From: an uncultured Candidatus Saccharibacteria bacterium
GTDB taxonomy: Bacteria; Patescibacteriota; Saccharimonadia; Saccharimonadales; Saccharimonadaceae
DNA: 63,317 nt
NCBI GenBank assembly: GCA_963456355.1
Contig: CAUOLK010000001.1
Location: forward strand, 1-63,317
Reading direction: 5' to 3'
The notes below the pieces were generated by a model. It worked only from the letters and a program-made list of their open reading frames with translations. It was not told the origin of the DNA and searched no databases. Positions 28,439 through 37,478 of this stretch are shown here, piece by piece. Position 1 is the first letter of the stretch; the number at the start of each line of letters is the position of its first letter. A program made the position numbers and the translations under genes.

Positions 28439-29926
28439 ATGAATACGAAGGGGCTCGTAGAACGACTGTGGGGTGCAGCGAATAAATTGCGGGGTAATAT
28501 TAGTCCGTCAGACTACAAATATGTGGTGCTGGGGCTGATTTTCCTGAAGTATGTTTCGGATGCATTCTCGGTGCGATATCAAGAAGCGATCGACGAGAAT
28601 TACGACCCGGAAGATCGTGACTGGTATCTAGCAGAAAATATTTTCTGGATCTCCGAGAAGGCTCGTTGGGAATATTTGGCAGCGAGAGCAAAACAGCCGG
28701 AGATAGGGGTGCTGGTGGATGATGCTATGGAGGCTATTGCGCATGATAATCCAAGTCTAAAAGGTGTCTTGCCGAAGGACTACGCTCGTGAAGCTCTGGA
28801 TAAACGCCGTCTGGGTGAACTGATTGATCTATTTACGAACATTAAATTTGACACGGTCAGTGCCGGAGACTTGCTTGGGCAGGTTTACGAGTACTTTATG
28901 GGTAAGTTTGCTGATAGCGAAGGTAGGCGTGGTGGTGAGTTCTACACGCCACGTTCTATCGTGCAGTTACTGGTGGAGATGCTTGAACCATACAGCGGTC
29001 GGGTCTATGACCCGTGTTGCGGTAGTGGTGGTATGTTCGTCTGGAGCGAGAAGTTTGTTAAGGAGCATGCCGGTCATACCAGTGATATTGCTGTGTATGG
29101 TCAAGAACTGAACGAAACCACTTGGCGACTCGCTAAAATGAATATGGCAATTCGGGGAATTGATGCGAATATCAAACGTGGCGACACCCTAGCAGATGAC
29201 CAGCTATCTAGTCTGAAAGCTGACTATATCTTAGCAAACCCGCCGTTTAATATTAGAGATTGGGGCCAAGAGCATTTGCAGAATGACGTACGCTGGAAGT
29301 ATGGTCTGCCACCGAAGGGTAATGCCAACTTTGCCTGGATTCAACATATGATTTTCCATCTCGACTCGCATGGTACGGCAGGATTCGTATTGGCAAACGG
29401 GAGTATGAGTAGTCAGACTGGCGGCGAAGGTGATATTCGTAAGCAACTAGTGCTCAATGATATGGTTGACGCTATCGTTACATTACCAAGTCAACTATTT
29501 TTTAATGTAGCTATACCATGCTGTCTGTGGCTTGTGTCGCATGATCGTACTAATCGTCGTGGCAAAGTATTATTCGTTGATAGGCGTAATCTGGGAGAAA
29601 TGGTAACTCGCCGCAATCGCAAGTTGACCGAGGAAGACATTGCTCGAGTGGTGAAGACATACCATGATTACAAAACCGCCAGCGCGGATTATGCTGATCA
29701 GCCGGGTTTTTGTAAAGTCGCTAATCTAGAAGAAATCAAGCAGCATGACTATGTGCTGACGCCCAGTCGCTACGTTGGCGTTGAGGAAACCGAAGAGGAC
29801 GATGAGCCGTTCGCCGAGAAATTTGCTCGGTTGACGGCTGATCTGGAAGAGCAATTTGCGAAAAGCTGCGAGCTGGAGGCAAAGATAAAAGAGAACCTTG
29901 CCAAAATAGAGAAAGAAATCAAATGA
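28439..29926 (+). CDS. hsdM: Type I R-M methyltransferase subunit
   Basis: LWGAANKLRG, GEFYTPRS, VYDPCCGSGGM and NPPF. Confidence 0.96.
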   Translation: MNTKGLVERLWGAANKLRGNISPSDYKYVVLGLIFLKYVSDAFSVRYQEAIDENYDPEDRDWYLAENIFWISEKARWEYLAARAKQPEIGVLVDDAMEAIAHDNPSLKGVLPKDYAREALDKRRLGELIDLFTNIKFDTVSAGDLLGQVYEYFMGKFADSEGRRGGEFYTPRSIVQLLVEMLEPYSGRVYDPCCGSGGMFVWSEKFVKEHAGHTSDIAVYGQELNETTWRLAKMNMAIRGIDANIKRGDTLADDQLSSLKADYILANPPFNIRDWGQEHLQNDVRWKYGLPPKGNANFAWIQHMIFHLDSHGTAGFVLANGSMSSQTGGEGDIRKQLVLNDMVDAIVTLPSQLFFNVAIPCCLWLVSHDRTNRRGKVLFVDRRNLGEMVTRRNRKLTEEDIARVVKTYHDYKTASADYADQPGFCKVANLEEIKQHDYVLTPSRYVGVEETEEDDEPFAEKFARLTADLEEQFAKSCELEAKIKENLAKIEKEIK

Positions 29927-30273
29927 TAAACGGCGACAACCCGAACGGCGAAATGGTGGTGTATGCTGGCGATGATGGCAAGCCGCAGATTCAAGCTAGA
30001 TTGCAGGATGAAAATATGTGGCTCACTCAAGTGCAGCTGGCTAAGGTGTTTCAAACTACGAGGCAAAATATAGGTCAGCATATTAAGAATATCTACGAAG
30101 AGAAAGAGTTTGACCCTTCAGCAACTATAAAGAAATTCCTTATAGTTCAAACTAAAGGCGGTCGTGAAGCCTCGGGAAAGATAGAACAGCTGTATTTTGA
30201 GGATCTGAAAGTTGCGCAAAAGAGGATTGAGGGTGAAGAAAATAGAGTCTATTTGCGGGCGTTGAGTCTATGA
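29923..30273 (+). pseudogene. Truncated or internally deleted RhuM-family protein
   Basis: N-terminus ENMWLTQ.QLA.VFQTTRQNI..HIKNIYEE.E....TIKKF..VQT.G.R is typical of RhuM. The protein is only 116 aa, much shorter than usual for the family. Confidence 0.75.
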
Positions 30274-32348
30274 ACAATAAAAATAAGAGTAAACAGGATG
30301 TATTCTTTGTATCTGATAATCCAATAACATCTGTGGAAGAGGATACTATGGGTAGACTTCCACTGGCTGAGAATTTCATCGATTCGATACTTAGCTATGA
30401 TGCAAGCAAGGGTCTAGTTGTCGGGGTAGTTGGCTCTTGGGGCTCCGGCAAGAGTTCATTCATAAATTTATCTCGAAGCCATCTTAAGGAGCGTTCAATT
30501 AATGTATTGGATTTTAACCCTTGGCTGTTTTCTAATACAGATCAACTTGCTGAATATTTTTTTAGGGAAATATCTACACAACTACGGCTAAAAGGTGATA
30601 AATTCAAAACTATAGCAAGTGTTATTGAGAAATACGGTGACGTACTAAGCCCCTTAGCGTTAATGACGGGTGTGAGCTGGCTGGATAAAGTACTCGCTGT
30701 TTTTAGGTCTATTGGGAAGTCTGTAAAACAGTATGATGGTATTGAAAAGCGCCGACTAGCTGTTACGAAAGCGCTACAAAAATTGGATCAACCATTAGTG
30801 GTTGTAATTGACGACATTGATAGGCTGTCTACGCTAGAGATTAGAGAAATATTCAAACTAGCTAGGCTTACGGCGAATTTTCCAAATATTATTTATCTTC
30901 TAGCTTTTGATAGACAGCGGGTTGAACAAGCGCTAGATGAAAACGGTATTTCTGGTCGGGATTATATTGAAAAGATCTTGCAGGTAGTGTATGACTTGCC
31001 TGAGATGGCAAAAAGTATGGCTAGGGAGCAGATTTATGAAGAACTTGATAAAGTACTGGGTCATATTCCCGAATCTGACTTTGACCAAGATAGATGGGTT
31101 GATGTGTATTTTGAAATAATAGAGCCAAACATAACAACAATGCGAGATGTAAAAAGATATGCTCTTTCTGCTAATATTACTATTAAAAGGTTGGGTTCAA
31201 GCGTTGATGTTGTAGATGTACTTGCACTTGAAGCAGTTAGGATTTTTAAGCCCAGCCTGTATGCTAAAATTAGGAAGTCAGTAGATGTACTGACTGGAGA
31301 AACCGGCTCATTGCGGAGTGATGATAAGAAAAATAAAGAAATTATAGATAGTATAATTAGTGATGACTATGAGTATGCAAAAACTGTTATCAAAAGAATA
31401 TTTCCAGGTGCGGAAAAGTATGTTGACGACGCAAGCTATGAGTATGATTACTGTTGCATTAATGAGTGGCGTCGTAAGGCTCGTGTTGCTCATTCGGATG
31501 GTCTAGTGACATATTTAAGACATTGCCCAACCGAAGGATTAAAGGCAATGAAGATGACAGCCAGCGCATATAGTCTAATGCATGATCTTGGTGAGTTTAG
31601 CAAATTTGTGTCGGATATAGGCCAGAATGAACTAGTAGGATTTATTCAGTCGCTTGAGGTGTATGAAGGTAAATATAATAACGAGCAAGTTGTCCCAGCA
31701 AGTATCGTATTGATGAACAATATCTATCGCATTCCCGAGAGAAAAAATCGTGGCATGTTTGATCTTACTCGTCCAGACATCGTAGTAAATAGAGTTGTAT
31801 TTAGAATGCTAAAAAATATTGAGGATAGCAAAGAGAGGGAGGATGCAATAGAAAAAATCCTTCCACAACTGGAGTCATGCTCAACACAGCTTAACTTTAT
31901 TGAGCTAGTCGGTTACAAAGATAGTATTGGATATAGGCTAGTTAAAAAAGAGCTAGCAGATAAATTGTGTAATACTTTTGTCGAAAAAACCTACTCTCAG
32001 CGTCCAATAAAATTTGCAAATGAATGGCAACTACTCAGAGTGTACTACGTTGTGGCTGACAAAAAAGGTGATAAATATGTGCCATTTAAATTTTCTAAGG
32101 TAGCGGAAATCCGTAAGCTACTTCAGAATGCTTATGCCGAAATCAAATCACAACCCATAAATAGCAGGGTAGTCAATGTTACGCCTGGCTTACATTGGGA
32201 AGCGCTGGTGAAGGTTGTCGGATCTGAAGAAGCAATAAAAAATATCAAGGCTAAGTTAAAGAGGGTAGACGGACAAACAGATCTTATCGATCTTGTTGAG
32301 AAATACTTGCGTGGGTGGAGGCCAGGTCAAGATAGGGAGGAAGAATGA
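30270..32348 (+). CDS. KAP-family P-loop NTPase
   Basis: DNPI...EED.MGR, GSWGSGKSS, FNPWLFS, VVVIDDIDRL and YIEKI. Confidence 0.92.
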   Translation: MNNKNKSKQDVFFVSDNPITSVEEDTMGRLPLAENFIDSILSYDASKGLVVGVVGSWGSGKSSFINLSRSHLKERSINVLDFNPWLFSNTDQLAEYFFREISTQLRLKGDKFKTIASVIEKYGDVLSPLALMTGVSWLDKVLAVFRSIGKSVKQYDGIEKRRLAVTKALQKLDQPLVVVIDDIDRLSTLEIREIFKLARLTANFPNIIYLLAFDRQRVEQALDENGISGRDYIEKILQVVYDLPEMAKSMAREQIYEELDKVLGHIPESDFDQDRWVDVYFEIIEPNITTMRDVKRYALSANITIKRLGSSVDVVDVLALEAVRIFKPSLYAKIRKSVDVLTGETGSLRSDDKKNKEIIDSIISDDYEYAKTVIKRIFPGAEKYVDDASYEYDYCCINEWRRKARVAHSDGLVTYLRHCPTEGLKAMKMTASAYSLMHDLGEFSKFVSDIGQNELVGFIQSLEVYEGKYNNEQVVPASIVLMNNIYRIPERKNRGMFDLTRPDIVVNRVVFRMLKNIEDSKEREDAIEKILPQLESCSTQLNFIELVGYKDSIGYRLVKKELADKLCNTFVEKTYSQRPIKFANEWQLLRVYYVVADKKGDKYVPFKFSKVAEIRKLLQNAYAEIKSQPINSRVVNVTPGLHWEALVKVVGSEEAIKNIKAKLKRVDGQTDLIDLVEKYLRGWRPGQDREEE

Positions 32349-33511
32349 CGCAAAAAGTTTATCTTGGCGATATCTGTGATATAAAAATTGGTCGCACACC
32401 ACCTCGTAGGCAACCGCAATGGTTTAGTGAGTCTCATGGTATAAAGTGGGCCTCAATTAAAGACATGGGGAATATGGGCAAATATATCAGCCAAACGAGT
32501 GAGTTTCTGACAGCGGATGCTATCAAGAAATTTAATATCCCAATTATTCCAGCAGGCACTCTTTTGATGAGCTTTAAGCTGACTGTTGGGAGGCTTGGGT
32601 TTACGGAATATGACATGTGCTCCAATGAGGCTATAGCTCAATTACCCATAAAAGACCCAGATATAGTTGATAAGAACTATTTGTATTACTACCTAAAAAA
32701 TTTTAATTTTGGCTCGCTTAGTTCAACTTCGTCTATAGCTACGGCGGTAAATTCAAAAACAGTGAAGAATATATCTGTTAATCTGCCGCCACTCGACCAA
32801 CAAAAGAAAATTGCCAATATTCTCAGCAGTCTTGATGAAAAAATCGAGCTCAATCGTCGCATGAACGAAACCCTCGAGCAGCTCGGTCAAGCCCTCTTTC
32901 GCCATTATTTTGTTAATAATCCTGAGGTGAATAGCTGGGAAAGTGGCGAGGTGTCTAATGTAATACGTATTTATTCCGGGTTTGCGTTCAAGAGTAAAGA
33001 TTTTGACATTGATGGTAAATATGGGCTAGTGACTATCAAGAATGTACAGGATGGTTGTTTTATTAAAGATTGCACTGACCATTTAAGCGAGCCACTGCCT
33101 GATAGAATACCAGAGTATGTTCATTTGAAAAGTGGAGACATTATCCTTTCTCTGACTGGAAATGTTGGCAGGGTGTGTATTGTGGTAGGTCGTGATTACT
33201 TATTAAACCAGCGTGTGGCAAAACTTGTTAGTGATGAGAGTCAAGCTTATGCGTATTTCCTATTTCGCTCAAGAGCAATGAAAGACTGTATGGTTGGTAT
33301 GTCGAAGGGAACAGCTCAGAAGAACCTAAGTCCAATCGAAACCGGTAAATTGAAGATAAAAATTCCACCCACTAATGTAATGAATCAATTTGAAGAAAAC
33401 GCTATAGAGCTACTGAATATGATTGTGTCAAATAATGAACAAATTCAAACCCTCACTAGTCTTCGCTACTCACTTTTACCAAAACTAATTTCTGGAGAGA
33501 TTGAAGTATGA
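32345..33511 (+). CDS. hsdS: Type I R-M specificity subunit
   Basis: Two TRDs with conserved regions LPPLDQQKKIANILSSLDEKIELN and LLPKLISGEI. Confidence 0.95.
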   Translation: MTQKVYLGDICDIKIGRTPPRRQPQWFSESHGIKWASIKDMGNMGKYISQTSEFLTADAIKKFNIPIIPAGTLLMSFKLTVGRLGFTEYDMCSNEAIAQLPIKDPDIVDKNYLYYYLKNFNFGSLSSTSSIATAVNSKTVKNISVNLPPLDQQKKIANILSSLDEKIELNRRMNETLEQLGQALFRHYFVNNPEVNSWESGEVSNVIRIYSGFAFKSKDFDIDGKYGLVTIKNVQDGCFIKDCTDHLSEPLPDRIPEYVHLKSGDIILSLTGNVGRVCIVVGRDYLLNQRVAKLVSDESQAYAYFLFRSRAMKDCMVGMSKGTAQKNLSPIETGKLKIKIPPTNVMNQFEENAIELLNMIVSNNEQIQTLTSLRYSLLPKLISGEIEV

Positions 33512-34797
33512 AACGTACAAAAGCACAAATAGATAATTTATTAGACGATATAGCGCAATTTACTATATTGTTAGGCAGTAGCAATTTCGGTATAAATTAT
33601 GAGCCTAAGTACCTAATTTTCTCATCTTTCGAGAGAACTATTGATGAGAATCTTGAATACTGGCACGATAAAAAAGGAGGTCAAGGATTTTATACGGAGT
33701 GGCAAAATCTCAGAAATAAAGTTAACAACCTTAAAGAATATTTAGAGACCATCGGCGATAGTCCTGAGTCAAGAGATAATATATTAGACTATCTATATAG
33801 TAATCTATCCTATGACAGAGTCGATAACAATGGAAAGTATGCACATAGAGTGTCTGTAAACAGTCCAATCGTTTCTGATGCAAATTGGCAGTCCATAGAT
33901 AGATTCATAGATTTTTATCTTAGTTGCGTAGATGATGGTGAAGAATTACCAGAAGCAATACAAAAATATGTAGAATTACACAAAAGTCCGACTCTAGTGG
34001 GAAATAGTCTATGCCAAAGCTATAATCATTCATATTATCCTGCTCTGTTTATACTTAAAAATGAATTATCGCCTAAAAATGTAAGCATTAAGAATTTTGA
34101 ACAAAAAACGTTGCAGCCAGCGCAAGATAAGCTAGAGCAGTTGTTGCAAGAAGCAGGTGAGGCCCAACAGCAAATAACCCGTTTTATAGAAGAGAAGCGT
34201 AAGGAAGTCCAGGATCAAGTTGATAAGAATATCGCTAAGATGGACGACTACAAATCTAAGGTCAACGATTGGGAGGCGGGAAAGCACGAGTCATTAAATG
34301 CACTGGAAGAGACTTATAGAAACAAGTTACAGCTTGAGGCGCCAGAGAAGTTATGGAATGAACGTTCCAGAGAATATAGAAAAAGAGCCAACTGTTGGAC
34401 TGCAGGTTTATTTATTGTAACGATTATCTTGTTGCTTGTCATCGCCCGGTTTGTCCATTCGCTTCATGAATTTCCAAAGGGGATTACTGAAAAAGTACCA
34501 TTCTTGTCGCAGCAAGTGCTTTTTATTGGCGCCATTTCTTTCTTTGTCTATATCATACGCATTATAGTAAAAATTGTTATGTCAAATCATCATATTGCAA
34601 TGGAGTATGAGCAAAAAGCGGCGTTGACAAGGTTTTATCAGGCGTTAACTTACGAAGGGATTGAGGTAGACGATAACGAGAAGTTAATTATCGTGAGTGC
34701 TCTATTTTCTAAAGTTGACACCGGGCTAGTTAAAACGAGTGAATCTGTTGACTTGGATAGCGTCTTGGGATTGATTGCAAGGAATTCTGGAAAATAG
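33508..34797 (+). CDS. Coiled-coil protein with two C-terminal TM helices (DUF6161-like)
   Basis: Long coiled coil, two hydrophobic helices, then SNHHIA.EYEQK..L..FY.AL...ALFS..DTGL. Confidence 0.65.
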   Translation: MKRTKAQIDNLLDDIAQFTILLGSSNFGINYEPKYLIFSSFERTIDENLEYWHDKKGGQGFYTEWQNLRNKVNNLKEYLETIGDSPESRDNILDYLYSNLSYDRVDNNGKYAHRVSVNSPIVSDANWQSIDRFIDFYLSCVDDGEELPEAIQKYVELHKSPTLVGNSLCQSYNHSYYPALFILKNELSPKNVSIKNFEQKTLQPAQDKLEQLLQEAGEAQQQITRFIEEKRKEVQDQVDKNIAKMDDYKSKVNDWEAGKHESLNALEETYRNKLQLEAPEKLWNERSREYRKRANCWTAGLFIVTIILLLVIARFVHSLHEFPKGITEKVPFLSQQVLFIGAISFFVYIIRIIVKIVMSNHHIAMEYEQKAALTRFYQALTYEGIEVDDNEKLIIVSALFSKVDTGLVKTSESVDLDSVLGLIARNSGK

Positions 34798-34810
34798 GTA
34801 TTTGCATATA

Positions 34811-34840
34811 AAAACGAGCCCAAAAGCAAGGGCTCGTTTT
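34811..34840. terminator. Bidirectional terminator
   Basis: AAAACGAGCCC-N8-GGGCTCGTTTT between convergent genes. Confidence 0.8.
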
Positions 34841-34850
34841 GTACCTGGAA

Positions 34851-35129
34851 CTAGCTACTGTGCAACCAATCTGTCACGCTCTTTGGTAGATTGTAAGATG
34901 CCCATCCAGATTCTGTATTCCGTTCGGCAACGAATATCTTATTATTGCTGTCTACGTGACGCTTGGCTCCGTTTCGTATTTTAGTAACAGTCTTATTTGT
35001 ATCAACGAACCATACGGAATATAGTGGTTTGGCCCATGATCCCAAACTTTTTATATATCTAATCAAATCCTCGTAATCTTCGAATTTCTCAGGAGAGCCT
35101 AAATCGTATGATATTATCTTTACACTCAT
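34851..35129 (-). CDS. Small Cas2-like / 'SinR-family' ferredoxin-fold protein (92 aa)
   Basis: MSVKIISYDL...DYEDL..YIKSLG.W..PL.SVWFV.T pattern. Start taken at the ATG at 35129, just after the DUF2188 stop. Confidence 0.6.
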   Translation of the reverse strand: MSVKIISYDLGSPEKFEDYEDLIRYIKSLGSWAKPLYSVWFVDTNKTVTKIRNGAKRHVDSNNKIFVAERNTESGWASYNLPKSVTDWLHSS

Positions 35130-35130
35130 G

Positions 35131-35360
35131 CTATTGTCCTTTCGGTGGATGCGGGTCGTTGCCGTAGCTATTCCGCGCTCCGATTTTGCCGTTTTTATTA
35201 TGAATAACATATTCAGTCTTTTGACTGATGGCAGTCTTACGACCAGCCGCTTGAGCTCCGGCCTTGGTTGGGTAGATTTTTGCTACCCTTGACGCACCAG
35301 AGCTTTTATTCCCCCAACCGCCTGGACGAGAGACGGTATGGATTTGTTTATTTTTGCCAT
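35131..35360 (-). pseudogene. DUF2188-family protein with a frameshift in an A-run after codon 3
   Basis: AAGGAG RBS and ATG GCA AAA, then the shifted frame reads NKQIHTVSRPGGWG...YPTKAGAQAAGR...VIHNKNGKIGARNSYGNDPHPPKGQ*. Not present in the ORF track. Confidence 0.8.
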
Positions 35361-35426
35361 ATAAGTAAAATCTCCTTTCATATAGCGTTAATATTGTATT
35401 TCGGTCGGTTTACGCTATACTAAAGG

Positions 35427-35476
35427 TGCATGATTCAGAGGTTTATGCACGACCTATCCGCAAAAGCGGATTTTTT
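35427..35476 (+). ncRNA. Candidate ~50-nt antisense RNA
   Basis: TTGTAT-N16-TATACT promoter (35394-35421), hairpin GTGCATGA/TTATGCAC and terminator ATCCGC-AAAA-GCGGAT-TTTTT. Confidence 0.4.
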
Positions 35477-35545
35477 CGTATATCATCAGGACGCTACCCT
35501 CCTGAAGATTTCACACCTCCCGCCTAGTGTGATTTCCTGAAGGTT

Positions 35546-35574
35546 ATTATAGCAAGCATAATTACTTTTATCAA
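35546..35574 (-). promoter_or_regulatory. Sigma70-type promoter for the DUF2188 / Cas2-like pair
   Basis: TTGATA-N17-TATAAT on the minus strand. Confidence 0.65.
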
Positions 35575-35601
35575 TAGTTTATGTAAAAAAAATACAAAAT
35601 G

Positions 35602-35630
35602 TTGACTTTCTGAGTATATTTTGCTACCAT
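35602..35630 (+). promoter_or_regulatory. Sigma70-type promoter for rloA (leaderless)
   Basis: TTGACT-N17-TACCAT, 6 nt before the ATG. Confidence 0.6.
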
Positions 35631-35636
35631 AAAGTT

Positions 35637-36854
35637 ATGGATAAATCACAACTACTACTCTTTGAGGTTACAAATTTTAGATCTATCTATGGTACGCAAC
35701 GTCTTGATTTGCGCACTAAAAATAAAAATGGTCGTACAACAACAGCAATATATGGGCCAAATGCTAGTGGTAAGACAAATATCTCAAATGCTCTCAGATT
35801 TATGAAGTGGTTTGTTGTCAACTCAACAAATGCGAGCATAACACGGGCTCCATATGACCCTTTTCTCCTGAGAGATCATTCAAACAAAGAGGACTCTACT
35901 TTTAAGATTGAAATACTCAATAGCGAGCGTCATATGAGTTATGAGTTTTCTATAAACGAGAAAGGAATTACTAGAGAAGAGCTTATTGAATATCTTGAAG
36001 GCGGCTCACGAAGACTACTATTTCGTCGTTTACTAGACGGACTTAACCCTAAGGCTAGTAGCTATGGTTTTGGCAAGAAGCTTCTCGAAAGTACGTTAAG
36101 CAATGCACTACTTTTAACAAAGGCACGTGAGAATAATAATGAGTATGCAAATGTAGTTTTTGAATGGTTTGCTAACTCCCTTAATGTTTTGGCTGGCGAG
36201 CCGAAAGAGACTGAACAATGGAGTCTGGATGCAATTAAGAATAATTCTGAGGTAAAAAGTGGTGTTCTTGAACTTCTAAAAGAGGCAGATTTTTGGATAA
36301 AAGATTTTGATATTGAGGAGATAGACGTTCCTGAAGACATACTTAATCAATTACCGTTTATTGACGATGTTAGGGCTTCAATTCCTAGGCGTGCTACATT
36401 AGTAAAAACCACACATGCGGTACGTGACATCAACCATAAGGCGGTAGGAACTCGAACCTTTGATATGGGCGGTCAGGAGTCTGCCGGTACGCAACAATTT
36501 TTTAATCTAGCGGCACCAATATTGCATACAATAGATAATGGTATGACTTTGTATATAGATGAATTTGGAACATATCTACACTCAGATATATGTCAGTTTA
36601 TTGTTAAATTGTTTCAATCAGAAAAAATAAACTCTACGGGAGCACAGCTTATTTTTAATACGCATGATACATCGCTAATGAGTAAAGATATTGACCTATT
36701 GAAGCGAGAAGATATTGTTATTGTCGAGAAAAACTATATGGAAGAGACATTAATTACTCCTTTGACTGATAAATCTGTGCGTGAAGGTGAGTCGTTCGAA
36801 AAACGATATAGAGAGGGTATTTATGGTGGAAAACCATTGGTGAGGATTGAATAA
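35637..36854 (+). CDS. RloA/AbiLi-like AAA ATPase
   Basis: NFRSI, IYGPNASGKTN, ESAGTQ, YIDEF...LH, AQLIFNTHD and Y.EG.YGG.P. Confidence 0.88.
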   Translation: MDKSQLLLFEVTNFRSIYGTQRLDLRTKNKNGRTTTAIYGPNASGKTNISNALRFMKWFVVNSTNASITRAPYDPFLLRDHSNKEDSTFKIEILNSERHMSYEFSINEKGITREELIEYLEGGSRRLLFRRLLDGLNPKASSYGFGKKLLESTLSNALLLTKARENNNEYANVVFEWFANSLNVLAGEPKETEQWSLDAIKNNSEVKSGVLELLKEADFWIKDFDIEEIDVPEDILNQLPFIDDVRASIPRRATLVKTTHAVRDINHKAVGTRTFDMGGQESAGTQQFFNLAAPILHTIDNGMTLYIDEFGTYLHSDICQFIVKLFQSEKINSTGAQLIFNTHDTSLMSKDIDLLKREDIVIVEKNYMEETLITPLTDKSVREGESFEKRYREGIYGGKPLVRIE

Positions 36855-36864
36855 TTAGAATATC

Positions 36865-37446
36865 ATGAATAAAGAGAGGGTATTACTTATATGTTGTGAG
36901 GGAAAAGAGACAGAGTGTCAGTATTTTAATGCAATAAAAAACCAGTATCGAATTTCACAAGGATCTGTAAGGGTTAAGGTTATAGGAGGGCTTGGTCAGC
37001 ATAAAAGGCTTATTGACGAAAGTGTTGTTCATTGCACTCAATTAGTTGAGAAGTATGGCTTATGTGATAAAGATATTGAAGTGTGGGCTGTGTGTGATAA
37101 TGACGATATGTCAATTGCTTACACAGATCTATTGAAATATGCAGAAGAGAACAGTGTAAAACTGGCTTTTTCTGATCCTGCTTTTGAAATATATTTATTA
37201 CAGCATTTTGGATTTTGTGCGTCCACTGCAAATAGAGCAGAGCTTAATAATATTCTGACTCGGAAAATAGGTAAAAAATATAATAAAGCAGACTTAGCTT
37301 GGTTTGTTGATATGATATACAATAATCCGAAGATATTACAAACAGTTATACAAAATTGTCACCGTATCTCTAATCCAGATAATGTACCGTTAACCACAGT
37401 ACACTTACTCGTTAAAAAATTACTTAAGATGGCGCCAAAAGCTTAA
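36865..37446 (+). CDS. RloB/AbiLii-like TOPRIM-type protein
   Basis: LICCEGKETECQYF, VWAVCDND, AFSDPAFEIYLLQHF and P.T.VHLLV. Confidence 0.88.
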   Translation: MNKERVLLICCEGKETECQYFNAIKNQYRISQGSVRVKVIGGLGQHKRLIDESVVHCTQLVEKYGLCDKDIEVWAVCDNDDMSIAYTDLLKYAEENSVKLAFSDPAFEIYLLQHFGFCASTANRAELNNILTRKIGKKYNKADLAWFVDMIYNNPKILQTVIQNCHRISNPDNVPLTTVHLLVKKLLKMAPKA

Positions 37447-37478
37447 GAAATCGCATTAATATTAATAAGATAATTTTT

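Noticed and set aside
34851..35129. Cas2-like protein as evidence of a CRISPR-Cas system
   Set aside because: No cas1, no other cas genes and no repeat-spacer array were seen in the window.
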